A stretch of 63,444 bases of DNA, the filler included, from Cercozoa sp. M6MM (Eukaryota > Protista > Endomyxa: Ascetosporea): NCBI GenBank assembly GCA_040357565.1. It is 10 parts of 10 records of this genome, joined end to end, with 100 filler letters (N's around TTAATTAATTAA, not from the genome) between each part and the next. Parts side by side here need not be neighbours in the genome. Positions count along the whole stretch, not along the records: positions 37,662 to 44,204 come from JBDODJ010000722.1; positions 44,305 to 47,588 come from JBDODJ010001527.1; positions 47,689 to 49,276 come from JBDODJ010001984.1; positions 49,377 to 58,316 come from JBDODJ010000502.1; 6 more parts are not named here. One strand, written 5' to 3'. Below the pieces are notes generated by a model that saw nothing but the letters and a program-made list of their open reading frames with translations, searched no databases and was not told the DNA's origin. Position numbers and translations under genes: made by a program. This document shows, piece after piece, positions 37,733 to 50,206 of the stretch (positions within the stretch are counted from its first letter, which is position 1; every line of letters begins with the position of its first letter).

Positions 37733-39198
37733 ACCTGGATGCGCTTGAAGGTGAGGTATTCGGACCGGTCGGCAAAGGGCGGCCGTCCCACCAGCATGTA
37801 GTACAGCACGCACCCGAGTGCCCACAGGTCGGCGCCCGCGTTGCACCGACTGTGCTTCAACAGCTCGGGAGGCACGTACCTGCCCGGGGAGGGGGGAGGG
37901 GGTAAAATGGGAGGTAAATAGGGGGGGGGGGTAAAATGGGAGGTAAAGAGGGGGTAAGAAGGGGTAAAGAGGGGGGTAAAATGGGGGGTAAAACTACTGC
38001 GCAGTGCCGACGAAACTATCGCGGCGGCGCTGTTTTTGTTGTTTTTTGCGCTCTTGTTTTTTGAGTTCCTCCTGCGTCGGCTTGCGGATCTTCACGTTGA
38101 GGCCGCGTATCGTGCGCTTGCGCTCTGTCTCGAACTCTATGCTGCTGGGGGGGGGGTAAAGGGGGTAAGGGGGGTAAGGAGGGTAGGGGTTAAAAGGGTA
38201 AGGGGGTGGGGGGGGGGGGCAAACCTCGACTCGGAGTCGCTGTTGTGCGCACTGGCGGAAGGCGTGCTGGAGCGACTGCTGCAGCCACTGGTGTCACCGT
38301 CAGTATCAGTGGCCACGTGGTCAACCTCAGTGTCAGTGGCCACGTGGTCACCGTCATCATCAGTGATCGGACAGAACAACTCGGCTCGCGAGGCGCAGTC
38401 CTTGGCGGTGCCAAAGTCCGTGAGTAGCACGTGTCCCTCCTCGTCCAACAGAACATTCTCCGGCTTCAAGTCGCGGTGGATTATCTTTTTCGAGTGCATG
38501 TACTGCACCGCCAGCACCAGCTGCGCTCATACCCCCAGTTTACCCCCCAGTTTACCCCCTCTAACCCCCCTGCCATACCTCAGCAGCGATATGTCGCGCC
38601 ATGTCCAACGGCAGTCGCTTTCGTCTGTAAATTATGGGAGGTAAAGGGAGATGTACAGGTGTACAGGGAGGTGTAAAGGGGTAAACAGGGGGGTAAACAG
38701 GGGGGTAAACTACGAATGGATGAGCGACTGCAGCTCGCCGCCGCGCGCCAGCTCGAGCACAAAGTAGAGCGACACGGCGTCCTGGAAGGTGTAGTACAGT
38801 CGGCACACGTGCTCGTGCCGCGCCAGTGCTGTCAGCACGCGTTTCTCGCGCAGTACAAAGTGCTGCTTCTTGAACCGTGTCACGTGGTGCTTGTCCACGA
38901 TCTGCACACACACACAATTTGACTTTCCCTTACCCTTTCAACTACCCTCTTACCCCACACCCTTAAATACCCCTACCTTGACAGCGTAGAGACGCCGTTT
39001 CTCAGGCGGTACAGCATCGCTTTTGAGGTAGCCTTCGACCACCTTGGCATAGGCACCTTCACCTGTCCAAATGGACGCAATTAAGGCAGTGATATTTCAT
39101 CAAAAGGCGAGTGTACCCAACTCGCGTCCGAACTCGAAATCTCCCGGCGTCAGTTTGCGCTGCAAGCGACGCGACTGCGCACGAGTCTCCCGCGGCAT
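37733..39198 (-). CDS. PDPK1: 3-phosphoinositide-dependent protein kinase 1-like AGC kinase, 3' truncated
   Basis: [69 protein letters not shown] and SEYLTFKRI. Confidence 0.92.
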
Positions 39199-39717
39199 TT
39201 CCTACGCTGTCAGCAACAACAACAACACTCAGCAGAGCAGTCAGCACTCGCTCTTGAGCAGTGATCGCTCCCCAGCCGAAAACACCCGTCGGAAAGCAAA
39301 AATACCACACTTCGCTCCTGATACGTCCTCTACTGCCACAATCAAGGTGCGCACTAACTTTACACGCGAATTAGCACACCGTTACTACACTCGATTGCGC
39401 CTAACAACGTCACCGACGGTCACACAATTACCCGAGTTGCCAGAAGGTGGGGTTTCTGGTTTTGTGACTCAGGACTGCTCGGGTTAAAAGCGAGCAGAAA
39501 GTCTCTCGGAGCACTGGTAGGCTTGCCTGCGGACGATCGGAAAGCACCAGCACGCTCGCCATCCGAAGAGTCGGCAACGATTGGAGCGCTGATCGTATGG
39601 GTTAAAAAATTGAACGATCAAGTTAAGGCGCTCAGCGTTGGATTCGGCCCTTGGCCCGCGCGTTGGTCCACTGGATCATCGTGTACATAGTGCCAGCACG
39701 CGTGAGCTTAGCACAAA

Positions 39718-40846
39718 ATGCAGCAAGCATCAGCACGGCAACAGGAGGAGCCAATCACTCTGGCAGAGGCTCGTGATCTGTTGTCGTCGTTTGGCAGTGA
39801 AGACGCTGCCAAAGCTGCCCAGGTGGGGCAGAACCGCGTGAGCTGTGTGCTTGAACAACGAGTATTGTTTGTTTTTGCTGCAGATCGAGAAATGCAGGCA
39901 GGCCGTGAGCGAACTGCGAAGCGGGCAGTTAGCAGCACGCACTCGTCTGTTGCAGCATTCGCAGCAGCAAGTGCAACTGCTCACAAAAAGGTAGTTTTAT
40001 TTAGAGTTTCTTTTGACTTGACAGGTCTCTGATTTTTGATCGAAAACTGTTTTGTTTGACTGGATAGAGCAGAGAACAATCCTGCAGACGAACTGAAACG
40101 AAGGCAGCAAGAGCTGCAGCAGAAACTTGCGCTCTTGAGTTCTGATGTAGCTTGCGACCGTTGAAGCTGTTTGTTCGAGTTTTTTGGTTTTTGTTTTTAG
40201 AAAAAACGACTGGAGGCCGTGCTGGCAGAGCGCGAGGCCGAGTTGAGTTCGCTGTGCCAGCAGTGCGTTCAGCTCGATGACGATCTGGCACGTGCCAAGT
40301 GAGTTTCGAACTGTTTGGACTCAAATGCATTGAGTCACATGTGCACACCAATGCGAGTACAGGAGACGAGCCCTGCGCCGACATCCGCAGTTGCGCAGTC
40401 GAAGCGACCTGTACCGCCGCGTGTGCAATGTCGAATGGTCGCTGCACGAGTGCTCGCCAACACGTGTGTCTGGTCACGTGCATCTGCCTTCTGCCGTACC
40501 TTGTTGTTTTCTCACCTTGTCATGTGTGTCTCCTGATACCTCTGCTGGGGGACAGTGCAACATCCTGCCCTTTTCGGGCCAAGTAAAGCGGTCAAGCGAC
40601 GTGTTCGCTGTCGTCAACAACGTCTGGTCGCTCATGTGGCAGGAGTTCGCCGCCGATGCCGAAGATACTGACGGAACGACGGCCGGTGCTGCCAACACCA
40701 CTCCCGACGAGCAACAGCCAGCACACCGCAACCCACAACAACTGCAGCAACAACATGTACAACAACAGCACAAGCAGCAGCAGCAACACAAACCACAGCG
40801 ACAACAGTCGCGAGCACGGCGGCGAACACGCGCACTCATGTCGTGA
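39718..40846 (+). CDS. SPC24: Kinetochore NDC80-complex subunit Spc24-like, with Gln-rich tail
   Basis: N-terminal coiled coil, then LYRRVCNVEW...RVSGH...LPF...FAVVNNVWSLM, resembling the Spc24 RWD-like C-terminal domain. Confidence 0.7.
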
Positions 40847-41060
40847 TTCCGGTTCGGTTTGATCATGACGTGACGTGAACTAACTGAACGTACACTAGGC
40901 TACGTACAGTCCGGCAGGGTATGCGGTTACTTCCGCTCCGCGATGCGGTCGGGTGGGCGCGGTTATGATATGCGATCGATGCGAGCATTGTGAGACCGAC
41001 TCATGTCACTTGCTGGCATTGAGGTGAGTTTTTTGTTTAGACTTCCCTCATAAATCTGAG

Positions 41061-43705
41061 TCAGTCTGTAACACAACGGCTACAAACTGAAGCGAAAGGC
41101 CGTGCTAGCGCCCTGCGACGCGAAAAGAGACTGCACCGGCTGTGACATGGACACGCCAGGCGTTTTCGCTTTCTTTCGCTTGTCCTTGCTCTTGTTTTTG
41201 CTCTTCTTGCCCTTGTCCTTCTTGCCCTTTTTCTGCTTGGACTTTGACTTGTCGCGACTCTTCTTCTTGAAGGACTTGCTTCCACGGGAGCGCGCATCGT
41301 CCTGACACATTTAAACGTCAAAAAATAACAAGAAACCTCCAGAATACCAAAACCCCATTAAAAAAACAGACCTTTTTGTCTAGCTCGCCTGCTGTATGCT
41401 GAGTGAACTGCGTGAAGTCAACAAAGCCATCCTCGTCATCGCTGACGTCCGTTAGAGCGGCCACTTGCACCTGCGTGCGAATTTCAGGCAGCTTCAGTTT
41501 TTTGATCGGTTCGACTGACTTGTTTTTGCTGCAAGAGCGAATATAAAAAACGAGACTTAGCACCGAATCGAAAGAAAAAGGGACACCCTCCGCTTTTCTG
41601 CTCTTGCTCGCGCAATCGCCGCAAACGATGCTCTTTCGCCGGCTTTGGCGGCTTCCGCGCGGAAGCTGTCCAACTTACTGGGCTCACAAAGAAAAAAGTG
41701 AGAGATGGACCGGGATACCAACGGAAGAAGTGTCCCGAGTGATAGGACGCATGCTCATGATGTCCATATCTTCGATAGTGTTGTTTAGCTGCCTGGGTGA
41801 CATCTGTTTTTCGCACTGATCGGAGAGTCTGCGAAAAAACAAGATGTTCTTTTGTATGTACAACTTGCTTGCAAGCGACATACGAGTCAACAGGAACGAG
41901 CAAGGGCGAGAAACGATTCGGTGGCGTCGGCGCCTTTTCGCTGCTGTGAGTTCAAAGCAATAAAAACGAAAACGAGCTATGCCCAAGAAGAAAATTTACA
42001 TGTGCGTTTTTTCTGGAGTTGGCTGAGGTTGTCTTTGAGACTGTGCAGTGATGAGGAGGTCCTCTTCGTCGTTGCTGTCGTTGGCACCACTCTGCAAAAG
42101 TAGCTCCTCGCCCTCGTCGGCTTCTGACTCTGATCTGCAAGCACAAGAATAATTTTGCAGTTTTGGCAGTGAAACAAAAGCTTGAGGCACGGGTGCCAGT
42201 CGACAGGGGGTGCAGGAGCATTCGACGAGTCTGAGCAACACAGACTTGAAGACTGAACGAAAGAAGGAAGTGTGAAAGAAGGTACCAAACACATCATTGT
42301 GCAGAGGCGGCACCGGCACCTGCAGACTGCGAGTGCTGCCGCTTCGTTCCTCGTCACTCATGCCGCTGTAGTTGACCTCGCTGGCAGCTTCCTCCTTATC
42401 CCTGGCCGCTCGCTGCGACTGCATGCGCCGAGCCGCCTGGAACAGCGACAGACCCGGCGGCGACTGCCAGGGACAGCACAGGCGTTGTAACTCATATGTA
42501 AGTCAGAGGAAAGGAAGGAAGGAAAGAAGGGAGGGAAGGCAGGAGGAAAGAAAAGGAAGAAAGAAAAGGAAGAAAGAAAAGGAAGTAAGAAAAGGAAGTA
42601 AGAAAAGGAAGTAAGAAAAGGAAGTAAGAAAAGGAAGTAAGCAAAGGAAGGATAAGCGAAAGAAATGAAGAACAAGAGAAAGGGAAGAAATGAAGAGAGA
42701 AAGAAACGCAAGAATGACCAGAACAAAAAAGAAAAGCAAAGAAAAAAGGAGGCAAATGGAACTACATCGACACGACGTCGCTTTCGACGATGGAGCGTTT
42801 CTTCTTCTTCCTCTTCTTCTTCCTCTTCTTCTTCGACAAAGTCGTCGTCGGCATCGGCGTATTCGGCGTCGTCGCCGTCGATGAAATCGTTGTCGCTCTG
42901 CCTAACTTCTTCCTCTTCCTCTTCTTCAGTTTCGGCTTCTTCCTCTTCTTCAGTTTCTGCTTCTTCCTCTTTCGCTTCAGTCTCGAGCTCGCTCTCATCG
43001 GAAGAGTCGAGTCGCAGCTCATTTGTCGATGTCGGGTCCGACATCTGGCGGTAGGAGAAATAAGGGAGCAAAGGTGGAGGGTAAAACTGGAAGAAACCTC
43101 CTCGTCAGAGTAAAAGTCGTTCTCGTGACTGCTGTCGACCGTGCCTTGCACAACCACGTGTTCACTGGGCTGACGGTCCACGTGGTCACTCCGGTGGTCA
43201 CCCACGTGATCACTGGTCACCAGACTACCCGGGTCACAATTCACGTGGTCCTGCAGACTCTGCTTGCGCAGCAGTCGCACCTGCCGCACCAAACTCGGAC
43301 TGGCTTCGCCGCCTCTCGGCGCACTAAGTAAACACGGTGTTAAGGGGGTAAACAGTGTGTTAGGAAGTAAACAGCGCGTTAAGAATCCTACAGACACAGC
43401 AGACGTCCCTGCAGCACCTGCCGCGCATCCTGCAGAGTCATGCCGTGCTCGATACTGTCCGACAAGGCCTCAGTGAGCACACGGCCGCCCAAAGTGATCG
43501 GCCACTGTAGTCACTCAGTTGGCGTTTCTCGACACAGAAAAATATACAGAAATAGCAAGGCTACGTCATGTTGACTGGCTACGGCACCCAGGACGCGGCG
43601 CACGAAACCGTCCAGCGCACTCAGCGACAGCGAACTCGGCACACAAACACATCGCCTCTGCGACTCACACACCAGAAACAGCGGCACTGGCCCGCTATCC
43701 CGCAT
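41061..43705 (-). CDS. Hypothetical low-complexity protein with acidic tract and Lys-rich C-terminus
   Basis: Series of minus-strand exons: poly-Glu at 42780-43040 and KSKSKQKKGKK at 41080-41310. Confidence 0.55.
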
Positions 43706-43875
43706 CTGGCACACCCGCACAGAGCCACACACACACGCTGGCGCTCCCCCACACTGCGTCGGCCCGAGCTTTATTTGTTTTAAATTCCGCCAAACCAGAA
43801 AACTGGTCACTGCTCTCACGTTGTTTAGAGCATTACGTGTGTGCTCGCGTGTGTCAGAGGTGTTTGAGATACATA

Positions 43876-44102
43876 TGGAGCCTCCCAGAAAGCGAGCGCG
43901 TCTGAATCTGCCGGCGCCGCGATCGCAGGAGAATCCGCGCGTTTGTGTCCGCGCGGACAGCGCGGTGGAAACGCCAGTGCCGCGCGAGTTCGAGGAGGCG
44001 ATGCGCAGTTTCGATGCGATGCAGCTGGTGCGGCAACTGCGGTGCGCGGAGTTGGCGCTGTCTGTGCGACGGGTGGCACGTGCCTACCCACAGGTCGCAC
44101 TG
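43876..44102 (+). CDS. First exon of a hypothetical protein (NLS-like PPRKRAR), truncated
   Basis: ATG followed by an open GC-rich frame ending at a GTGAGT donor before a C-rich intron. Confidence 0.55.
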
Positions 44103-44478
44103 GTGAGTTTACCCCCCCTACCCTTACCCCCCCCCCCATTTTACCCCCTCATTACCCACTCCCCATTTACCCCATTTCACCCCCGATTTTACCCCATTTA
44201 CCCCNNNNNNNNNNNNNNNNNNNNNNNNNNNNNNNNNNNNNNNNNNNNTTAATTAATTAANNNNNNNNNNNNNNNNNNNNNNNNNNNNNNNNNNNNNNNN
44301 NNNNCCCCCCTTAACCCCAACCCCCTTAACTTCCTAGCCCTTAACCCCAACCCCCCTTAACTTCCTAGCCCTTAACCCTAGTCCCTAACACCTAGTCCCT
44401 TAACACCTAGTCCCTTAACACCTAGTCCCTTAACACCTAGTCCCTAACTCCCCTGGCCCCTTACCACCTCTCCTTTAG

Positions 44479-45696
44479 TGAGTTGTTCCCGCACGCGACA
44501 TATGACCAGCCGTCCTACATTGTGCGAGTCAAGGGCAGCGTGGATCCGGAGGTTACCTTATCCCTACGTTCTTTACCCACCTTTACCCCCCCTCCCCCTA
44601 GTAGACGGTGATTGTGCTGGGTTCGCACGTGGATTCGACTTCGGACGATCCCACTGTGTTTGGTAGGCTTCATGTGGCTTTTTACCCCCCCTTACCCCCC
44701 CCCCCCGAGTAGCCCCAGGTGCGGACGACGATGCGTCGGGCACGGCGAACATTCTGAGTGTGTTCGAGGCACTGATGCAAGGTGGCTACAAGCCGCGTCA
44801 TTCGCTGCACTTTGTTGGCTACGCTGCCGAAGAGGTCGGTCTACTTGGCTCGCAGGACGTTGCGCAGTACTACCTGGAGCAGTACGTTTTTACCTCCCTC
44901 TTACCCCCCTTACCCCCCCCCCCCCCCCTGTTACCCCCTCTTACCCCCCTGTTACCCCCCTGTTTGCTTCCTCTTTACCCCCACCTCTTTGTATCTTTCA
45001 CTTTATTACTCCTATCTTAGCTCCCTCTTGAGCTCCCATCTTCACCCCTATCTTAACTCCCCTTCCCTCCTCCTTACACCCATCTTTTACCCCCCAGGGG
45101 AATCAAGGTGCAAGGCGTGCTGCAGCTGGACATGACTGGCTACCGTGGCAAGAACAAGATGGCACTCATCACAGACAATGTCGATATCGGACTCACGGAA
45201 TTTGTGGCCTCAATGATCGGTACCTTTTGACCGATCAGTGATCGCCTTATGATCGATCAGTGATTAAGTATGATCGATCAGTGATTAAGTGTGATCGATT
45301 GGTGAAAGTATGATTGATCAAAATTGGACGGGCAGATGAGTACGTCGGACGACATGAGATCCATCGCGAGAAGTGTCACTACTCCTGCAGCGATCACGCC
45401 TCGTGGCACAAGCGCGGTACCCCGTTTACCCATCCCCCTTACCCCCTTACCCCCCCCCCCCCCCCCCGGGACAGGCTTTTCGACCGTGATGGTGTCGGAA
45501 GGCGGTCCGTTTGGCGACTCGTCGCCGCACATTCACACGCAGCAGGATGTCGTGGCCAATGTCGACTTTGACTACATGCTCGCCTTCTCTGTATGTTCCT
45601 TCTATGCTCGCACTCTTTATGTCTCTGTCTACTCGAGACTGTGCACAGGAGACGGCACTGGCCTACGCACTCGAGTTGGACGCACTCGACTACTAA
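44479..45696 (+). CDS. M28-family leucyl aminopeptidase, 5' truncated
   Basis: IVLGSHVDS, APGADDDASG, YAAEEVGLLGS, LQLDMTGY, CHYSCSDHASW and HIHTQQD supply the zinc-ligand motifs. Confidence 0.93.
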
Positions 45697-46099
45697 AATC
45701 GAATCCGATACTCTACTTCGGTGACTCGACCGACTGCGACCGCTTTAGGCTGCTTTGAATCGAACACGATACATACATACATCCTGTACATACATACATG
45801 TTACCGCACTGCATCCGCGCGGAAGCACCCTAAAACTGACAAAAATCATCAACGTAGGTGTGGAAGATTTTGATGTGTGTTTGCTGGCATCCTGGCCTAC
45901 TGAGGCTGCGGCAGAGCAAGCATTTCACTCGACTGACATCTTTCGTTAAGGCCGCGTTGTCCACGGGCGGTACTACTTACAGCCTTCTTAAACTTTTCAG
46001 CGCTCCACCCCGCGGGATTCAGTGATCGCTTTTCCTGTAACCTGTAACGCGTTGAGGCTTAAGTGGAGCGATTTGAACACTTAGAGCAACTTTTCAATC

Positions 46100-46878
46100 A
46101 TGCCGGAGAATGAAAGAGGTTTGTTTCGTGGTCAGTTTTGTGTCATTGACCATGATGCCGTTTTTTAGGACTGTCGCTGAGCCGGGTCCTCGCGTCCTTT
46201 GGGTTTGAAGAAAGAACGGCTCAAGACCTGGTAGTTGCGATGGAGACAGGCATCGTTTTGGCTGTTGCTGTGCGCGTATTTAGTACGTTGTGAGTTGCTT
46301 TCGTCCACTACGTTGCAACACCTCGTTTTCTTGCAGGTGGTACAAGTTTGACGTCACTAATGCGAAATCGCGTGCTTGAAAATGGTACCTGCGTGTTATC
46401 GTTACTCTCAAGTTCTGTGTGTAATTTATTGAGTTCAGCTCTCAAACCGGTGAAAGACGAGATGAAGCAATTCGGCAACCGTTTGACTGGCGTTGAGGCA
46501 CAGATCACTGGCTTGTCGATGAAATGTGATGCCCTTGAATTGAAACTTGATGGCCTTGAATCGAAATTTGACGGCAAATTTGATGCCCTTGAATCGAAAT
46601 TTGACGGCAAATTTGATGCCCTTGAATCGAAATTTGACGGCAAATTTGATGCCCTTGAATCGAAATTTGACGGCAAATTTGATGCCCTTGAATCGAAACT
46701 CGAAAAGTTGTTTGTGGAACAGCAAGAGCGAGAGCAGCGCCATTTGCGAAACAAGGCCGAGCGCAAAATTGAGCCGCTTGAGGCCGAACTTGCTCTGTAC
46801 AAATCTGCAAGACGGCCCACGACTGATTTCAAAGAGCTCGAGGACATCGATACTTTCAAGCCGCCGTCTCCTATGTGA
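46100..46878 (+). CDS. Coiled-coil protein with 11-aa tandem repeats (DUF1640/Bdr-like architecture)
   Basis: LASFGFEERTAQDLV N-terminal segment followed by (FDALESKFDGK)n, encoded by perfect 33-bp repeats. Confidence 0.55.
46554..46698 (+). repeat. 33-bp coding tandem repeat, about 4.4 identical copies
   Basis: CCTTGAATCGAAATTTGACGGCAAATTTGATGC repeated. Confidence 0.95.
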
Positions 46879-47539
46879 CTCCATTGCCAGTAGAGACATT
46901 GGGAGATACGTGCCGTCGAACTGAATGGCCTGGGTCGTCGGCGATTTTGCATGCAGTTGAAAGATGTTACTAACGAACGCTTTTGTCAGTGAAAAACTAA
47001 AATTAGGGGAATCAAATGCGATGATTCCATCAGTTTGAAGCGGAATGTCGGTGAAGCGGAATGTCGGTGAGAACGGAAGCGAAGTGATCGATGTTCCGTC
47101 TACTGTATCTACATAAGTTGTACAGTAATTTGACACAAGAACCCAGTAGGGCTTGTTGACTGCCAGTCTCAAGGAAAACTGAACCAGAAAACATCGGCAG
47201 ACAGCAGCGCTTGAGCGTACGCGTGTTTACGTTCATCCTTGATGAACTCGACTGAGTCTTCGTGGGCGAGCGGAAGATACCGAGCGTACTTACAAAATGC
47301 ATACGCTAGAGTACAGTGACTTAACCTCACTACTGGCCGTGTGAATTGTCGACGTTCATCTCCTTCTCGTCGTCGTAGTCCCAGGGACCTTGAATCTCAC
47401 TGCATCCGCCGGGAAGTACCAAAACAAACAAACACGAGAACAGAGAGTTCGTGAAAGAGAACACACTTTTTGTAGCGCTGTGCAAACACAAGCAGTGCCG
47501 GCGAAATCACCGACACCAGCAGCAGGATCACAAAGTGCA

Positions 47540-47578
<39 letters not shown>

Positions 47579-47688
47579 CACACACAACNNNNNNNNNNNN
47601 NNNNNNNNNNNNNNNNNNNNNNNNNNNNNNNNTTAATTAATTAANNNNNNNNNNNNNNNNNNNNNNNNNNNNNNNNNNNNNNNNNNNN

Positions 47689-47780
<92 letters not shown>

Positions 47781-47782
<2 letters not shown>

Positions 47783-49185
47783 ACGAGCAGTGGCAGGCAC
47801 GCCGTCTTCAAACTCTGGGAAGCCAAGCACAGCCGCCAACTTGGCGCATCGTGTGAAGAACTCAATCTCCTTCTCCTGCAGATACGCTGCGAATGACTAG
47901 CAAACAGAGACATGAGGCAAGGTACCGTCATGCCAAGGAGGCGCTCCTTCTTGGTGTAGCGCTCTGACGGCATCTCGCGTTTTGGCGTATGATGGCTGCT
48001 GCTGCCGCTGCTATTGCCGCTGTCATTGTTGCTGTTGTCGTCGCGCTCTTCATTCTGCTACTTTTAGAAATGCACAGTGCGCATGTGTAGGTACATATGT
48101 GTGTGACTGTGTGCGTGCGTGCGTGCGTGTGTGCGCGCGCGCGCGTGTGTGTGTGTGTAGTTACCTCGGGGGTGTGTTCAGGAGTGTGCTGCTCGAGCAT
48201 CTTCTCGTAGTCTTGCTGCAGTGGCATATCACCAAGCAGGCTCATGACTTTGTTCGCCGTGTCCTAAGGTCATAAGGGCCAAGATATGAGAGACATAGTA
48301 CGTGCATAAGAAAGTGGAGGAACAATAAGGTAAATGCCAAAGCACGTGGTAAGTCTGGAAGCGCGTAAACTCCTCTTTGCTCAGACCAAAAGCGCGCTGC
48401 AGTTTCTGCGCTCAAAACAACCATACATAACCAAAATGCGGCCTTTGATTGGACACGTCATTCATACCTGCGTAGAACGCTGCGTTCGAGGTGACGCATC
48501 CGCTTGAAAGTATGACGACCGCACGCGCACGGGAATGACCTTGGACAGCGGCAACTGACAATCCTGTCGCCGAGCACTTCTGGAGGAATTCGTTTCAGTT
48601 GTGTTGGCCGTACTCTCGCTCTCGTCATCCTCTGTGTCCAACTATTCGAGACACTATTATCACGTCAGGGTGTCTCGGGTGATATTTCTGCTACCGAATT
48701 TTCTCGCGGAAGTGGCGGAACTGGCGCCAAAACCTGTTGCTCGAAAGTTGTGCCTCGTTGTTGCTGCTCGTGCTGCTGCTGCATGACGTGCACAAACTCT
48801 GCCAAGGCACAACGCACGCATGAGACAGCAACATCTATCGACGCACGAGGGGCACAGTGCAGTACCGTCAGCGCCGAAAATTCTCATGAGCTTCTTGAAC
48901 TTGCGAAAGTGTTCAATCTGCGCAGTAGAGACAAGTGAATTGTGCCACTCAAACGGCATCCCGGGAGACAAAAACCTCGAAACCTCGGAAGGGGAGATGC
49001 CGAAGTGGGATCGCAGCTTTTGTGCTTGGTGTTCCTGCATTCATACAGTGAATTAGTGGCTTATACAAATGTGTTCGTGAGTTGCACGCACCTTGGCCGA
49101 CTCCTCGGTGTCGACACTGTCGGCGAACAGCTCATCGGCGCGCACACGGCGTCGTGCACTCGGCGAACTTTGCAACTGCAGCTGC
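47781..49185 (-). CDS. Internal exons of a hypothetical protein
   Basis: Several minus-strand exon blocks between (TG)n-containing introns; both ends at contig breaks. Confidence 0.45.
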
Positions 49186-49235
<50 letters not shown>

Positions 49236-50206
49236 CACACACACACAAGACACAAGGCAGAAGACACAGACACAGANNNNNNNNNNNNNNNNNNNNNNNN
49301 NNNNNNNNNNNNNNNNNNNNTTAATTAATTAANNNNNNNNNNNNNNNNNNNNNNNNNNNNNNNNNNNNNNNNNNNNCCCCCCCCCACAGGCGCTGCAGCG
49401 CGACGAGCAGCTGTTCCACTGCGTGATGCAGGATGCCGCCGACTTTGCGCCGGCGCGCTTCGTCCTGCAGATGCTCGAGCGCATTCGCTAGTCGACGCGT
49501 ATTGTCGGGCCTGTGTCCTGCACAGGTTGACCGTTTAGTCTGTCTAGCGTGTTGCTTGTTAAGAATTTAACTCATTCTAGTACTTTTAAGACGGGCTCAG
49601 AATGTAGGTCTACAGTTAGACGACTTTTTTGACCGAGTCACGTCCGACAGACGGACGTTGTTTCCTTTCGTGTTGGAGCGTTTTTCGGACCAAATGCTGC
49701 ACGGTGGCCCACCTGCAGCGGTGGTCGCTGGAAAAGCAACATGCGAGTGCGAGTGAAACTGTCGAATGGTACTAATACCAAAGTACCGATGGCTCAGTAT
49801 TTAAGAACATCGTTTGGGGTCGGTCAAAATCCTCCCTCAGGCCTGATCAATGACGGATCGAATGACGGGATTAGGAGAAACGCAAAGCACAATCAAGCCC
49901 AGAGGCCAACATCCAGCATATGCTACTCGCCCGTAAGTGTAGAGCGGCGAGAAGTGATAGTCCCTGTGCACCCTGCAGACGTTGCGAAGGTGTCAGCGCG
50001 TATATTTCCATTCCCCCACTCTGTCGCTTCGGCACCAGGAGGACACGGTGCTACTGCTTCTGTCGCCTCGCATAGATCTAAAGTCAGACTTTAATGCCTG
50101 TGGTACAGCAACTGTTTTCCTTTCTCCTCGGGGTCTGACAGTGCAACTAAAGGATACAAATCAGTAATACAAAAGTGACGCTGCTCAGAACCGCCGCGAG
50201 GAACTC

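Noticed and set aside
44479-45696. Recent bacterial horizontal transfer of the M28 aminopeptidase
   Set aside because: The gene is intron-rich, with host-type introns, and this family is also known in eukaryotes; there is no evidence without a phylogeny.
46001-46070. tRNA or ncRNA suggested by the CGCTCCAC...GTGGAGCG stem
   Set aside because: Only an 8-bp stem, with no cloverleaf or T-loop motif.
46250-46336. GC-AG intron in the coiled-coil repeat gene
   Set aside because: A canonical GTAC donor near 46283 gives the same frame, so a GC donor is not required.
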